Of a stretch of 64,000 nt of DNA, positions 1 to 8,428 are shown one piece after another (the first letter of the stretch is position 1; each line of letters starts with the position of its first letter). The DNA is taken from IMG/VR virus record IMGVR_UViG_3300044464_000108, positions 10,405 to 74,404 of that record; one strand, 5' to 3'. The translations under genes were made by a program, and so were the position numbers. The notes under the pieces were generated by a model. It worked only from the letters and a program-made list of their open reading frames with translations, had not been told where the DNA came from and searched no databases. This DNA comes from a virus.

Positions 1-39
1 CCATCCGAACGCGATGCTCGGACTCTGAAAGGGAATTCA

Positions 40-693
40 ATGAGCGGGCTTTTTCATTCAGGCAAGGGGGGCGTGCTCGGAGCGGCTCTCCAAGTTCCGA
101 CCGACAACATCAAGGTCGTGCTCGTCGACTTCGCGCAGTGGACGAAAGCGAAGGCGATCACGGGCGCGACGAACGCGACCCCAATCTCGATTACGTCGAC
201 GGGTCATGGGCTTTCGACTGGGGACTTCGTTTCGCAATCTGGGGTCGGCGGAAACACCGCAGCGAACGGTCGATTCCAGGTCACGAACACGGGCGCGAAT
301 ACGTACACGCTGCAGGATCCGATCACGGGTGCCAACGTGGCCGGGAACGGCGCGTACACGTCGGGAGGCTTCGGGGTCGGGCTCGTCGCGGGCATCAACG
401 CGAACTTGAGCGATATCGACGCCGGGGCGCGCGTGGCGACCTCGGGCAACCTCGGCTCAAAGACGACGAGCACACCGGTTGGCGGTGTGTTTGACGCGGC
501 GGACGTGACCTTCACGGCGGTTGCCGCGGGTGCTGCCTTGCAAGGGATCGTCGGTTACAAGGATTCGGGCGTTGCGGGAACGAGCACCCTCTTGTGGATC
601 TCCGACTCGGCAACGGGGCTCCCTGTAACTCCAAACGGCGGCGACATCATTGCCCAATGGGACAACGGTGTGAATCGCATCTTCAATCTCTGA
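40..693 (+). CDS. Virion structural protein with an internal beta-rich (FCCH-like) insertion
   Basis: Starts with SD-like AAGGGA. Conserved-looking phage frame IKVVLVD...FDAADVTFTAV...GLPVTPNGGDI interrupted by ATNATPISITSTGHGLSTGD, a motif common in phage virion proteins. Confidence 0.65.
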   Translation: MSGLFHSGKGGVLGAALQVPTDNIKVVLVDFAQWTKAKAITGATNATPISITSTGHGLSTGDFVSQSGVGGNTAANGRFQVTNTGANTYTLQDPITGANVAGNGAYTSGGFGVGLVAGINANLSDIDAGARVATSGNLGSKTTSTPVGGVFDAADVTFTAVAAGAALQGIVGYKDSGVAGTSTLLWISDSATGLPVTPNGGDIIAQWDNGVNRIFNL

Positions 694-708
694 TTGGGAG
701 ATCAATCA

Positions 709-987
709 ATGAAACCCGATGAATTGAAAGCATTGCCCCTCGTGAGTCTCGAAGAGATTGCGCATGGGGAACGGCAGCGACGTGACGATGCCATCGCTTC
801 GATCCTCATGGTGCAAGCCGAGATCGATCGTCGTGTGCATGTGATCGATGTGGATAAGCAACTCGCCTCGATGCATCCCGACAAGAAGGCTCTTCTCCTC
901 GAAGCCTTGACCAAGCCTTCGACCCAAGTGCTGCAAGTGGAAGGCATCGTCGAATCCCTCGGGATGGGCGAGCTCAATCAGGGTTGA
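709..987 (+). CDS. Hypothetical helical protein
   Basis: Tightly packed ORF between structural genes; ATG at 709 preceded by GGGAGA. Confidence 0.55.
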   Translation: MKPDELKALPLVSLEEIAHGERQRRDDAIASILMVQAEIDRRVHVIDVDKQLASMHPDKKALLLEALTKPSTQVLQVEGIVESLGMGELNQG

Positions 988-988
988 T

Positions 989-1327
989 ATGCCGTCTTAT
1001 GCCGATCGAGTGAAGGAGACGACGACGACGACCGGTACGGGGACTGTCACCCTTGCCGGTGCGGTGACTGGCTTTCAGTCGTTCACGTCGGCGTTCTCGA
1101 CTGGAGAAGAAGTCTCCTACGTAATCGAGGACGGAACGAACTGGGAGATCGGGTCTGGCATCTTCACAACCTCGGGAACAACGCTCTCGCGCGACGTGGT
1201 GCAAGCGAGTTCCAATGCCGGAGCACTCGTCAACTTCGGGGCAGGCTCGAAGAACGTCTTCGTCAGCTTGTCGGCTCTCGACATCTCATCGCGTGGCCGA
1301 CTCTCGGCACAGAGGTTTGCTGTATGA
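989..1327 (+). CDS. Small virion/tail-fibre-associated protein
   Basis: MPSYADRVKETTTTTGTGTVTLAGA...WEIGSG...LSRDVVQASSNAGALVNFGAGSKNVF is a recognisable widespread phage virion protein pattern. Confidence 0.7.
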   Translation: MPSYADRVKETTTTTGTGTVTLAGAVTGFQSFTSAFSTGEEVSYVIEDGTNWEIGSGIFTTSGTTLSRDVVQASSNAGALVNFGAGSKNVFVSLSALDISSRGRLSAQRFAV

Positions 1328-1737
1328 CGACACCCAATAAAGATCCCATTTGGGCCAAGACTCCCGCGACGACGTACGGCGCGACCATCGCGACGGCGAA
1401 CACCGCAAAGGATGGCACGGGTACGGTGGTGCTCATCGCAACCGCGGGTGCCAACGGCGCCATCTTGCGAAAGGTCGTGTGCGAAGCCATCGGCACCAAC
1501 ATCGCATCAACCCTTCGGTTGTTCCGGAACAACGGATCAACCAATGCGACGCCAGCAAACAACAGCCTGATCAAGCAAGTCAGTTTGCCAGCGACAACCT
1601 TGACCGAGGTTGCTGGACAATCCCCGGTTGAGATCGTTCTCAACATGCCAATGGTTGCCGGCGAGCGGCTGTATGCAACCATTGGCACGACCGTCGCGGC
1701 CGGGTGGTCTCTGTCGGTGCATCAAGGGGACTTCTGA
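1324..1737 (+). CDS. Small virion protein
   Basis: ATGA overlap with the upstream gene; TANTAKDGTGTV...LRLFRNNG beta-sandwich pattern seen in phage structural clusters. Confidence 0.65.
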   Translation: MTTPNKDPIWAKTPATTYGATIATANTAKDGTGTVVLIATAGANGAILRKVVCEAIGTNIASTLRLFRNNGSTNATPANNSLIKQVSLPATTLTEVAGQSPVEIVLNMPMVAGERLYATIGTTVAAGWSLSVHQGDF

Positions 1738-1738
1738 G

Positions 1739-2764
1739 ATGGGTTGTCGAGTCCTCATATCAACGCCGACAGAGCGGATTCAATACACGGCTCGGACCCG
1801 TGCCGAAGTCCTTGCGATGCGTATGTGTTGCGCGAACGATCTCGACGTCGGCGAGTTCCTCGCATCGATTGGGTTTTGGTTCCCTGATCAGAACGTTCGC
1901 AAGGTCGACATACGCCTTGGAGGTGGAACGGCCGCTTCGATCTCGGAGACATGGGACAAGCCAATCGACGCGAGGATCTGCAACTTCATCATTCAGGGTG
2001 GGGGTGCAGGTGGGGGAGCTGGAGTTACGACGGCTGCAACCGGGGGTGGGGGTGGCGGTGGATCGAGCGGCGGTATAGCTCGACTCGGATTCAGTGCCGA
2101 GCAAGTGCCCGATGGTCTCGTGTTCAACATCGGACGCGGTGGGGCGGGAGGTGCATCGAGCGGCAACAACGGCAACACCGGCGGCAACACGACCATTGTT
2201 GAGATGAGTCAGAACGTGACTCTCTTCACGACGTCAAACACGGCTGGTGCGGGTACAGCAGGGTCGGCAGGAGCTGGCGGGAACGCCGGCTCGGCCGGCG
2301 GTGCACCGGCATCAACCGCATGGTCGGTGACAGCATTCTCGAACGAGCGAACGGCAGGGCAGAATGGTGGGGCAGGAGGGGCTACAGGAGCCGGTTCGAA
2401 CGGGACAGGCGGCTCCACTCAAACCTTTGCAGGTGGCGGTGGGGGAGCCGGTTATACCGCCGGTACAGCGGCTGCCGGTGGCACGAGTTCGGGCTCGAGC
2501 ATTGTTCGGACAAGTGCCGGTGGGGTCGGTTCGAATGCCGGTGCAGGTGGGAACGGGGACAACGGCGACGGCACGCTCCTAAGCGACATGCACCCCGTGC
2601 TTGTTTCTGCCGGTGGGGGTGGGGGTGGAAGTGGTGGCACGACGGGGGGACTCGGGGGCAAGGGTCACTATGGATCGGGGGGCGGTGGTGGGGGAGCTGG
2701 GATCGGATCGGGTGGGGCCGGTGGGGATGGTGGTCCGGGGTTCATTGTGGTCGTGACGTGCTGA
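1739..2764 (+). CDS. Glycine-rich tail-fibre-like protein
   Basis: ATG at 1739 just after the upstream stop. GGGAGGGAG...GGGGGGGSSGG repeats and the C-terminal GGDGGPGFIVVVTC are typical of glycine-rich-domain fibre proteins. Confidence 0.7.
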   Translation: MGCRVLISTPTERIQYTARTRAEVLAMRMCCANDLDVGEFLASIGFWFPDQNVRKVDIRLGGGTAASISETWDKPIDARICNFIIQGGGAGGGAGVTTAATGGGGGGGSSGGIARLGFSAEQVPDGLVFNIGRGGAGGASSGNNGNTGGNTTIVEMSQNVTLFTTSNTAGAGTAGSAGAGGNAGSAGGAPASTAWSVTAFSNERTAGQNGGAGGATGAGSNGTGGSTQTFAGGGGGAGYTAGTAAAGGTSSGSSIVRTSAGGVGSNAGAGGNGDNGDGTLLSDMHPVLVSAGGGGGGSGGTTGGLGGKGHYGSGGGGGGAGIGSGGAGGDGGPGFIVVVTC

Positions 2765-2765
2765 C

Positions 2766-3464
2766 ATGTTCGGTTTCAATCCGATCTCGACAACGCCGCT
2801 CGATACCCTTCCGACCGGAGCTACCCAAACTCTGTCGGTGACAGGGATTCAAAGCGGCGAACAGAGCGGCTCGCCACAACTCAATCTTCGCATTACGCCG
2901 GTCGGTGTGCCTTCGAGTGAGAACGAAGGCAAAGGACAGATCAATCTCAAGATCTTCCCGATTGGGCTTCCCTCAAGTGAGAACGAAGGCAGAGTGAACC
3001 TCGTTCTGAACCTCGTTCTCATTGGCGTGCGGAGCTCGGAGATTCAAGGGCGTCCGACCTTGCTTCCTCAGCCGGTGACCGTGCAATTTACCGGCATCCG
3101 TTCGAGTGAAGTGCATGGGACCCCGAAGCTCTCTCTTGCGTTGCAAGTTGCAGGCGTGCGGTCGAGCGAGCGCCTCGGGTTACCGAAGCTGACAATCGCT
3201 GTTCTTCCGACTGGGATCCGGAGCTCTGAAAGCTTCGGCCAACCCCTCGTCAAGATCGGACAGACACTTCACGTATTCGGCGTGCCGAGCTCCGAGAGTT
3301 TGGGCAAGGGAAGTGTTGCGCGAGCTGTACGGATCCCGATCACGGTGACGGGACAACTCTTCGAGCCGGGGAGCTTCATCGGAGTCTTGATCGAGCCGGG
3401 GAGTTCCGAGTCCGGTACGTTGCACGAGGGGACGGCGTTCGCCGGCAAGCTCGAAGACTCGTGA
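2766..3464 (+). CDS. Repeat-containing virion protein (about 8 repeats of ~20 aa, G[IVL]xSSE motif)
   Basis: Repeats GIQSGE, GVPSSE, GLPSSE, GVRSSE, GIRSSE, GVRSSE, GIRSSE, GVPSSE; N-terminal MFGFNPIS..P motif seen in phage virion proteins. Confidence 0.65.
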   Translation: MFGFNPISTTPLDTLPTGATQTLSVTGIQSGEQSGSPQLNLRITPVGVPSSENEGKGQINLKIFPIGLPSSENEGRVNLVLNLVLIGVRSSEIQGRPTLLPQPVTVQFTGIRSSEVHGTPKLSLALQVAGVRSSERLGLPKLTIAVLPTGIRSSESFGQPLVKIGQTLHVFGVPSSESLGKGSVARAVRIPITVTGQLFEPGSFIGVLIEPGSSESGTLHEGTAFAGKLEDS

Positions 3465-3476
3465 TAACGTCCGGGC

Positions 3477-4265
3477 ATGCGATTCGGCTATCTACCCGAC
3501 CCTTTTGATGCTCGCGACCGACTTCTTCGACGTGACTTGCTCGGCGTGCCGGCCGAGATGCCGCCTCCCGAGGCGTCCCTAAACAGCTTCCTCCCGCCGA
3601 TCTTGGATCAGCAGAATGAAGACTGTACGGCTCACGCGACGTGGTACGCGCTGCACATCGCGGCTTCGAAAGCAGGCATCGAGCTCGAGCAGGTCTCGCG
3701 GCTGTTCCTCTACTGGAACGCGCGGAACTACCACAACGGGACGAACTTCGACGGCGGGACGTACATCCGAGCGGTCTTCAAGGCGCTCGGCAAGCTCGGC
3801 TTTTGCGATGAGGATTGGTGGCCGTACGGCGGTGAAGAGCTCGTGAACGAGCGACCCGAGATGGTTGCTTACGAGATGGCGATCGATCAGGTGATCGGGC
3901 TCGAGTACTACCGAATCGATTCAACCGGAGCGCAGCGCGTACTCGATGTGATGAACGCGATTCACCACGGGCACGCGGTGGTCTTCGGGATTCTCGTCGA
4001 CAAGGGTTTCGTGCATGCAGAGCACGACCTTGAAGAACCGGTCTCGGAAGCCAACGCAACCGGCGGGCATGCGCTCACGATCACGGCGTATGACGAGAAC
4101 GGGTTTTACGGGCCAAACTCGTGGGGCCCGGCGTGGAATGGGAACGGCTTCTATCGGATGTCGAAGCACTTCCTCGCGTCGGAAGCTCCGACCGATCTGT
4201 GGGTTGTCGTCGCGGCTCCGCAATTCAGTGATGATCGACAGACGACCCCAAGAGGTGACCAGTGA
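3477..4265 (+). CDS. Papain-like (C1 family) cysteine peptidase
   Basis: Catalytic motifs QQNEDCTAHA (Q/C), GGHALTITAYD (H) and PNSWG (N); also SRLFLYWNAR and DGGTYIR. Confidence 0.9.
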   Translation: MRFGYLPDPFDARDRLLRRDLLGVPAEMPPPEASLNSFLPPILDQQNEDCTAHATWYALHIAASKAGIELEQVSRLFLYWNARNYHNGTNFDGGTYIRAVFKALGKLGFCDEDWWPYGGEELVNERPEMVAYEMAIDQVIGLEYYRIDSTGAQRVLDVMNAIHHGHAVVFGILVDKGFVHAEHDLEEPVSEANATGGHALTITAYDENGFYGPNSWGPAWNGNGFYRMSKHFLASEAPTDLWVVVAAPQFSDDRQTTPRGDQ

Positions 4266-4594
4266 AAGCGATCGTTTTGATTGGGTTGCTCACGGTGTGC
4301 GGGTGCCGGATTCAATGCGCGAACGAACCCCCGGGCAAGGTCGGGTCCGGCGCATGTCCTAGCTCGAGCTCGGACCCCATCCGACCGACACCCATCCCGC
4401 CAACACCGGAGCAATGCGGCGCGGCTTGCCATCGTTACGAAGAGCTCGGGTGCGTGCCGGAGAGCCTCGGGAGCCCGAAGGGTTTATCGTGCCGGGAGGT
4501 TTGCGCGAAAGCGTCAGCCGAAGGGATCGACATCACAAGCAACGGTTGCGTCGCAACCGCGAAGAGCTGCGCAGACGCGCGAAAGTGCAGGTAG
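4262..4594 (+). CDS. Cys-rich predicted lipoprotein
   Basis: GTGA overlap; hydrophobic signal with lipobox-like LLTVCGC; paired Cys helical repeats (CGAAC...C, CREVC...C). Confidence 0.7.
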   Translation: MKAIVLIGLLTVCGCRIQCANEPPGKVGSGACPSSSSDPIRPTPIPPTPEQCGAACHRYEELGCVPESLGSPKGLSCREVCAKASAEGIDITSNGCVATAKSCADARKCR

Positions 4595-4604
4595 GAGAAA
4601 CCCC

Positions 4605-5267
4605 ATGGCTAAGTTCTTTTTGATCAACAACCTCAGGCTCGGCATCGCGTTCTTTGAAGCGAGCCAAACGCTCGACGATGCGGTGGATCCCGTAGCGGCA
4701 ATCCGGGCGGCCGGCGGCATTCTTTGGCCGGTCGCTGACGCGGGTGTGGCTGCAGCAGCGGCGAACGGTCAGACGCTCAAGCTGCAAGGGGCTCCGCCCG
4801 AAGACGTTCAAGGGATCATGGTTGCAGCGCTCGAAGCGTCGATCTCGAACATGGTCCAAGGACAGCGCTCGGTGACGATTACGCAAGCCGCAAACCTTGC
4901 GGGACTCGGGGCCGGCGTGAAGACGCTCGACGTCAACGTTGGGCTCGTGCTTCCGACGGGAGCACGTCTCACGAGTCCCCCAACGCTCGAAACCGTAACC
5001 CTCTTCGACGACGCGGCGCACGGTACGTATGCCGTCATCGTCGGCACGACGGTCGGCGGAAACGAGATCGCGACTACTCAAAGCGTTGCGGCAGGTCAAA
5101 CCGGGTTTCCCAAGATCATGACGGCCGGTGCGGCAGGCTTTCCACAAGCGTTGCAGAGCGCGGTGCAGGTCAAGGCACGGCTCACGTCATCCGTCGATCT
5201 CAACACGGCAACGGTCGGAGCCGTGACGATCGTTCTTGGGTTCGTCGTTCCTTCGGCGTTCCTCTAA
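4605..5267 (+). CDS. Hypothetical, probable virion protein
   Basis: ATG at 4605 with SD GGAG; Ala/Gly/Thr/Val-rich beta-type composition. Confidence 0.6.
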   Translation: MAKFFLINNLRLGIAFFEASQTLDDAVDPVAAIRAAGGILWPVADAGVAAAAANGQTLKLQGAPPEDVQGIMVAALEASISNMVQGQRSVTITQAANLAGLGAGVKTLDVNVGLVLPTGARLTSPPTLETVTLFDDAAHGTYAVIVGTTVGGNEIATTQSVAAGQTGFPKIMTAGAAGFPQALQSAVQVKARLTSSVDLNTATVGAVTIVLGFVVPSAFL

Positions 5268-5306
5268 ACCACAACGCAGTTCGAGCCTCTTGGGAGGAGG
5301 AGCGAT

Positions 5307-5879
5307 ATGCAAATCGTCAAAGTAGTGATCTGGGATCCGTCGGGAAAGTTCGCGGAAGGCACCTTTCTCGAGGGACTTCGACAAATGCCTGTCATCGAAG
5401 GGAGGGGCGCGGTGCTCCTCCCTTGCGATGTCGACTTGTTTCAACGGTCGGGGGTCGGGGGGTACTTCATGCGCCGATGGGGCATGGGCTGGGCGTACCA
5501 AGGGCACGTCGCTTCACGCGGATGCCCGATGGTGCTGCATGTCATGCCCGACCGTCCCTTCATTCATTGGGCGGCTCGGCTCATTCCAGCAACGCGCACG
5601 ATGCCCGAGGGCGAGGTTCCCGAGACGGACTTTCACGGGCATCTACGGCTTACGTCGGACTCGTCACAACCGAGTGCGCTAAGCGGCGGATTGAGCGCGG
5701 ACAGCGATACGATCGATCTCTCGAAGCTTGGACCGGCGGACCCGCAAGGCGGATGGATCATCCGCGGTCGCTCGCGCCTTTCCGTGGTTGAGCGGGGCTT
5801 CTTCTCGTTCAGCCTGTATGGGCTCGCGAAGGGTTTGAAGGTGCTTTGGAGCGCCGTCTCGCAAAGCTCGACGGACTGA
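5307..5879 (+). CDS. Hypothetical protein
   Basis: Strong SD GGAGGAGG; protein-like composition; 190 aa. Confidence 0.7.
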   Translation: MQIVKVVIWDPSGKFAEGTFLEGLRQMPVIEGRGAVLLPCDVDLFQRSGVGGYFMRRWGMGWAYQGHVASRGCPMVLHVMPDRPFIHWAARLIPATRTMPEGEVPETDFHGHLRLTSDSSQPSALSGGLSADSDTIDLSKLGPADPQGGWIIRGRSRLSVVERGFFSFSLYGLAKGLKVLWSAVSQSSTD

Positions 5880-5909
5880 CCCTTTCAAGAGGCGTGTTAG
5901 CCTGCCCCC

Positions 5910-6215
5910 GTGAGCCTTTGGAACACGGTTTCAACGTTGACGCGGGGGGTTGCGGCCGAGCTTCTCGGGAGCGCTGGACGAGCTCTCGGGGGGCTTGCCG
6001 CGCGGGTGACTCCTTCGGAAGATCGATCTTCCGAGGACAGGAGAAAACACCTCGAATCTCTTGCACATTTCGGAGTGCGACTCTCCCCGGAAGCGGCAGC
6101 GATGATCGCATCGAAAGCGCCCGATCCTCGGAGCGTTGCTTTCCAAGAAGAACCGCCTTCGTATCTTGAAGGCAGCGTCGAAGCTCGGCGCGCGAGAGCT
6201 CAGGGCGAACGATGA
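5910..6215 (+). CDS. Hypothetical protein containing palindrome copy 1 in frame
   Basis: GTG 6 nt after TAGCCT; stop overlaps the portal start (ATGA). Confidence 0.45.
   Translation: MSLWNTVSTLTRGVAAELLGSAGRALGGLAARVTPSEDRSSEDRRKHLESLAHFGVRLSPEAAAMIASKAPDPRSVAFQEEPPSYLEGSVEARRARAQGER
6015..6034 (+). repeat. 20-bp palindrome copy 1 (forward flank)
   Basis: actcct-TCGGAAGATCGATCTTCCGA-gg. Confidence 0.95.
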
Positions 6216-8428
6216 GCATGATGATGCCGCTCATGTCGGATCCCGTTTTGCGGGGCAAGAACGGCGATACGTACGCCGTCTCGAGCTTCGGCACGAACGC
6301 GACGACGTTTGGACCTGACTTCAAGGTCAACGATCTTTGGAACACCGATCGCCGGAAGGAACTCACTTACCGCGAGACGTTCTTCAAGTGCACACAGCAC
6401 GATCACAAGGCGTTCAACTTCAACGGCTCGACGATCAAACCGGGACCGGTTTGGACACAGCCCTTGCTCTCGAGCGCGCAGATCACCCATTACGTGCCGC
6501 TTGATGCAAGGCGCCCGAGCTCGCCGGTGCGCATCTCGAAGAAGATCGTGAAGGACTTCACCACCCTCGTGTTCGGGCACGGGCGCTTTCCGACGATCAA
6601 AGTCGTGGGGGACCCGGAGACACAGGACTTCTGCACGGCGCTATCCAAGGCGCAGAAGCTCCCGACGATCATGCTTCGTGCGCGGGACATCGGCGGGAGC
6701 GTTGGCACGGTCGGGCTCTCGTGGCGGTTCTACGCCGGCAAGCCGAGGACGCTTCCCCACAACGGCAAGAACCTGTTCGTGCACGAATGGGAGGATCGCG
6801 AAGAGCTCATCCCGTCCCACGTGTCCGAGATCTATCAAGTCAAACGCGAGGAGTTCGACCCGAAGAAGAAGATGGTTGTCGATCGCATCTACTGGCATCG
6901 ACGGGATTGGACGCCGCTCGCCGACGTTCTGTTCGTGGATACGCCGGTCGACGATGACAATCCGGAATGGGTTGTCGATGAAGCGCACATCCACGGTGAC
7001 GGCTTCTGTCACTTCGTGTGGATCCAGAACATCCCCGACGACGAGAACATCGACGGCGAGCCGGATTACGAAGACATCTACGAGAATTGCAACACGCTCG
7101 ACGTCTTGAATTCGGTGCTCGCGAAGGGTGCCACGCTGAATCTCGATCCCACCCTTGTGCTCAAGATGGATCCCGACCTCGTAAAACGCACGGCGGTGCG
7201 GAAGGGATCAGAGAACGCGCTCATCGTCGGGCCCGACGGAAACGCGAGTTACATGGAGCTCGCCGGGACGAGCATCTCGGTTGGGATCGCACTCGTAGAC
7301 AAGGAACGCGCTCAAGCGCTCGAGACCGCGCAATGCGTTGCGCCGGACCCCGACACGATTGCAGCGGCGGGGCTCTCGAGCGTTGCGATTCGCGCGATCT
7401 ATCAAGGCATGCTCGGCGCGGGGGACGTGCGCCGGACGCAATACGGAACGGGGATCGAACGTCTGCTCGAGCAGCAGGTTGCAAGCTCGCGCCGCAAGCT
7501 GAATGTCGACGATGCATCTACGCCGGAAGATGAGTCCGAAGGGTCGGCGGTCGAAGTCGAATACGACGAAGAGACAGGCGAAGAGACTCCCGTCGAGTAC
7601 TACCTGAACCTTCCTCCCCGGGTTGTTGTGTCCGACGTGCGGGACGAGCACGGCGAACCGACGGGCGAGGTAGAGACGAAGTACATCGAACGTCGCCCGG
7701 GGGCCGGCGGACAGATCGAGTGCGATTGGCCGGAGTACTTCCCCGATACCGCGACCGATCAGAAGGATCGAACCTCGACGAATGCGGCAGCGGCGGGAGG
7801 GAAAGCGGTTATGTCGCATCGCTCCGCAGTTGAGATGACGGCGAAGAGCTTCGGGCTCGATCCGACCGAAGAATGGACGGCTGTCTCGAAGCAAGTGCAA
7901 GCCGAGCGGGATGCCGAGTTGCAGATGTTCCCCGGGACCGGCGGCGAAGTCGTCGATCGAAACCAACTCCCGCCGGGAGCTGACGAGCTCGGACCGGCCG
8001 GACATGAGCAACCCGATGGGACAGCCGACCCGCAAAGCGACCCCGTTGTTGTCGTAGGAGGCCGCGGGGGGTTCGCTGAAGCTTCGGCAGCATCGGCAAC
8101 AGCGAAAGTGCAGATGACCCAACTCACGAAGGTGCTCACGATGAACGAGCTTCGTGCAGCGGCCGGCGTGGGCAAGCTCATGATCCCGGGCACGAATACG
8201 CCGGATCCCGATGGGGATCTCGTCATGGCGGAATTCGAGGCGAAGCGATGTGCCAAGGGCAAGGTTGTCGGCGAAGCCGAAGCTGCCGACGAGGTACCCC
8301 CGCCCGGGGATGCTGCAGGGGTTCAAACCGCTCCGGCGCTTCCGAAGGGGGGCAAGGAAGCTCCCGTTTCCCGGAGCGCTCAAAAGGGCGCTCAGAGCCC
8401 CGGAACGAGCTTCCCGCCTGAGGAGTGA
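6212..8428 (+). CDS. Portal protein with acidic insertion and C-terminal extension
   Basis: Large gene heading the head module, immediately before MuF. Portal-like segments (FVWIQNIPDD...GEPDY, SSVAIRAIYQGML) and a SHRSAVE...FGLDP.EEW crown-like tail. Confidence 0.75.
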   Translation: MSMMMPLMSDPVLRGKNGDTYAVSSFGTNATTFGPDFKVNDLWNTDRRKELTYRETFFKCTQHDHKAFNFNGSTIKPGPVWTQPLLSSAQITHYVPLDARRPSSPVRISKKIVKDFTTLVFGHGRFPTIKVVGDPETQDFCTALSKAQKLPTIMLRARDIGGSVGTVGLSWRFYAGKPRTLPHNGKNLFVHEWEDREELIPSHVSEIYQVKREEFDPKKKMVVDRIYWHRRDWTPLADVLFVDTPVDDDNPEWVVDEAHIHGDGFCHFVWIQNIPDDENIDGEPDYEDIYENCNTLDVLNSVLAKGATLNLDPTLVLKMDPDLVKRTAVRKGSENALIVGPDGNASYMELAGTSISVGIALVDKERAQALETAQCVAPDPDTIAAAGLSSVAIRAIYQGMLGAGDVRRTQYGTGIERLLEQQVASSRRKLNVDDASTPEDESEGSAVEVEYDEETGEETPVEYYLNLPPRVVVSDVRDEHGEPTGEVETKYIERRPGAGGQIECDWPEYFPDTATDQKDRTSTNAAAAGGKAVMSHRSAVEMTAKSFGLDPTEEWTAVSKQVQAERDAELQMFPGTGGEVVDRNQLPPGADELGPAGHEQPDGTADPQSDPVVVVGGRGGFAEASAASATAKVQMTQLTKVLTMNELRAAAGVGKLMIPGTNTPDPDGDLVMAEFEAKRCAKGKVVGEAEAADEVPPPGDAAGVQTAPALPKGGKEAPVSRSAQKGAQSPGTSFPPEE

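Noticed and set aside
160-360. FCCH-like segment as evidence of a ubiquitin E1 system
   Set aside because: This beta-rich motif is common in phage virion proteins, and no E1, E2 or JAB motifs were found in the window.
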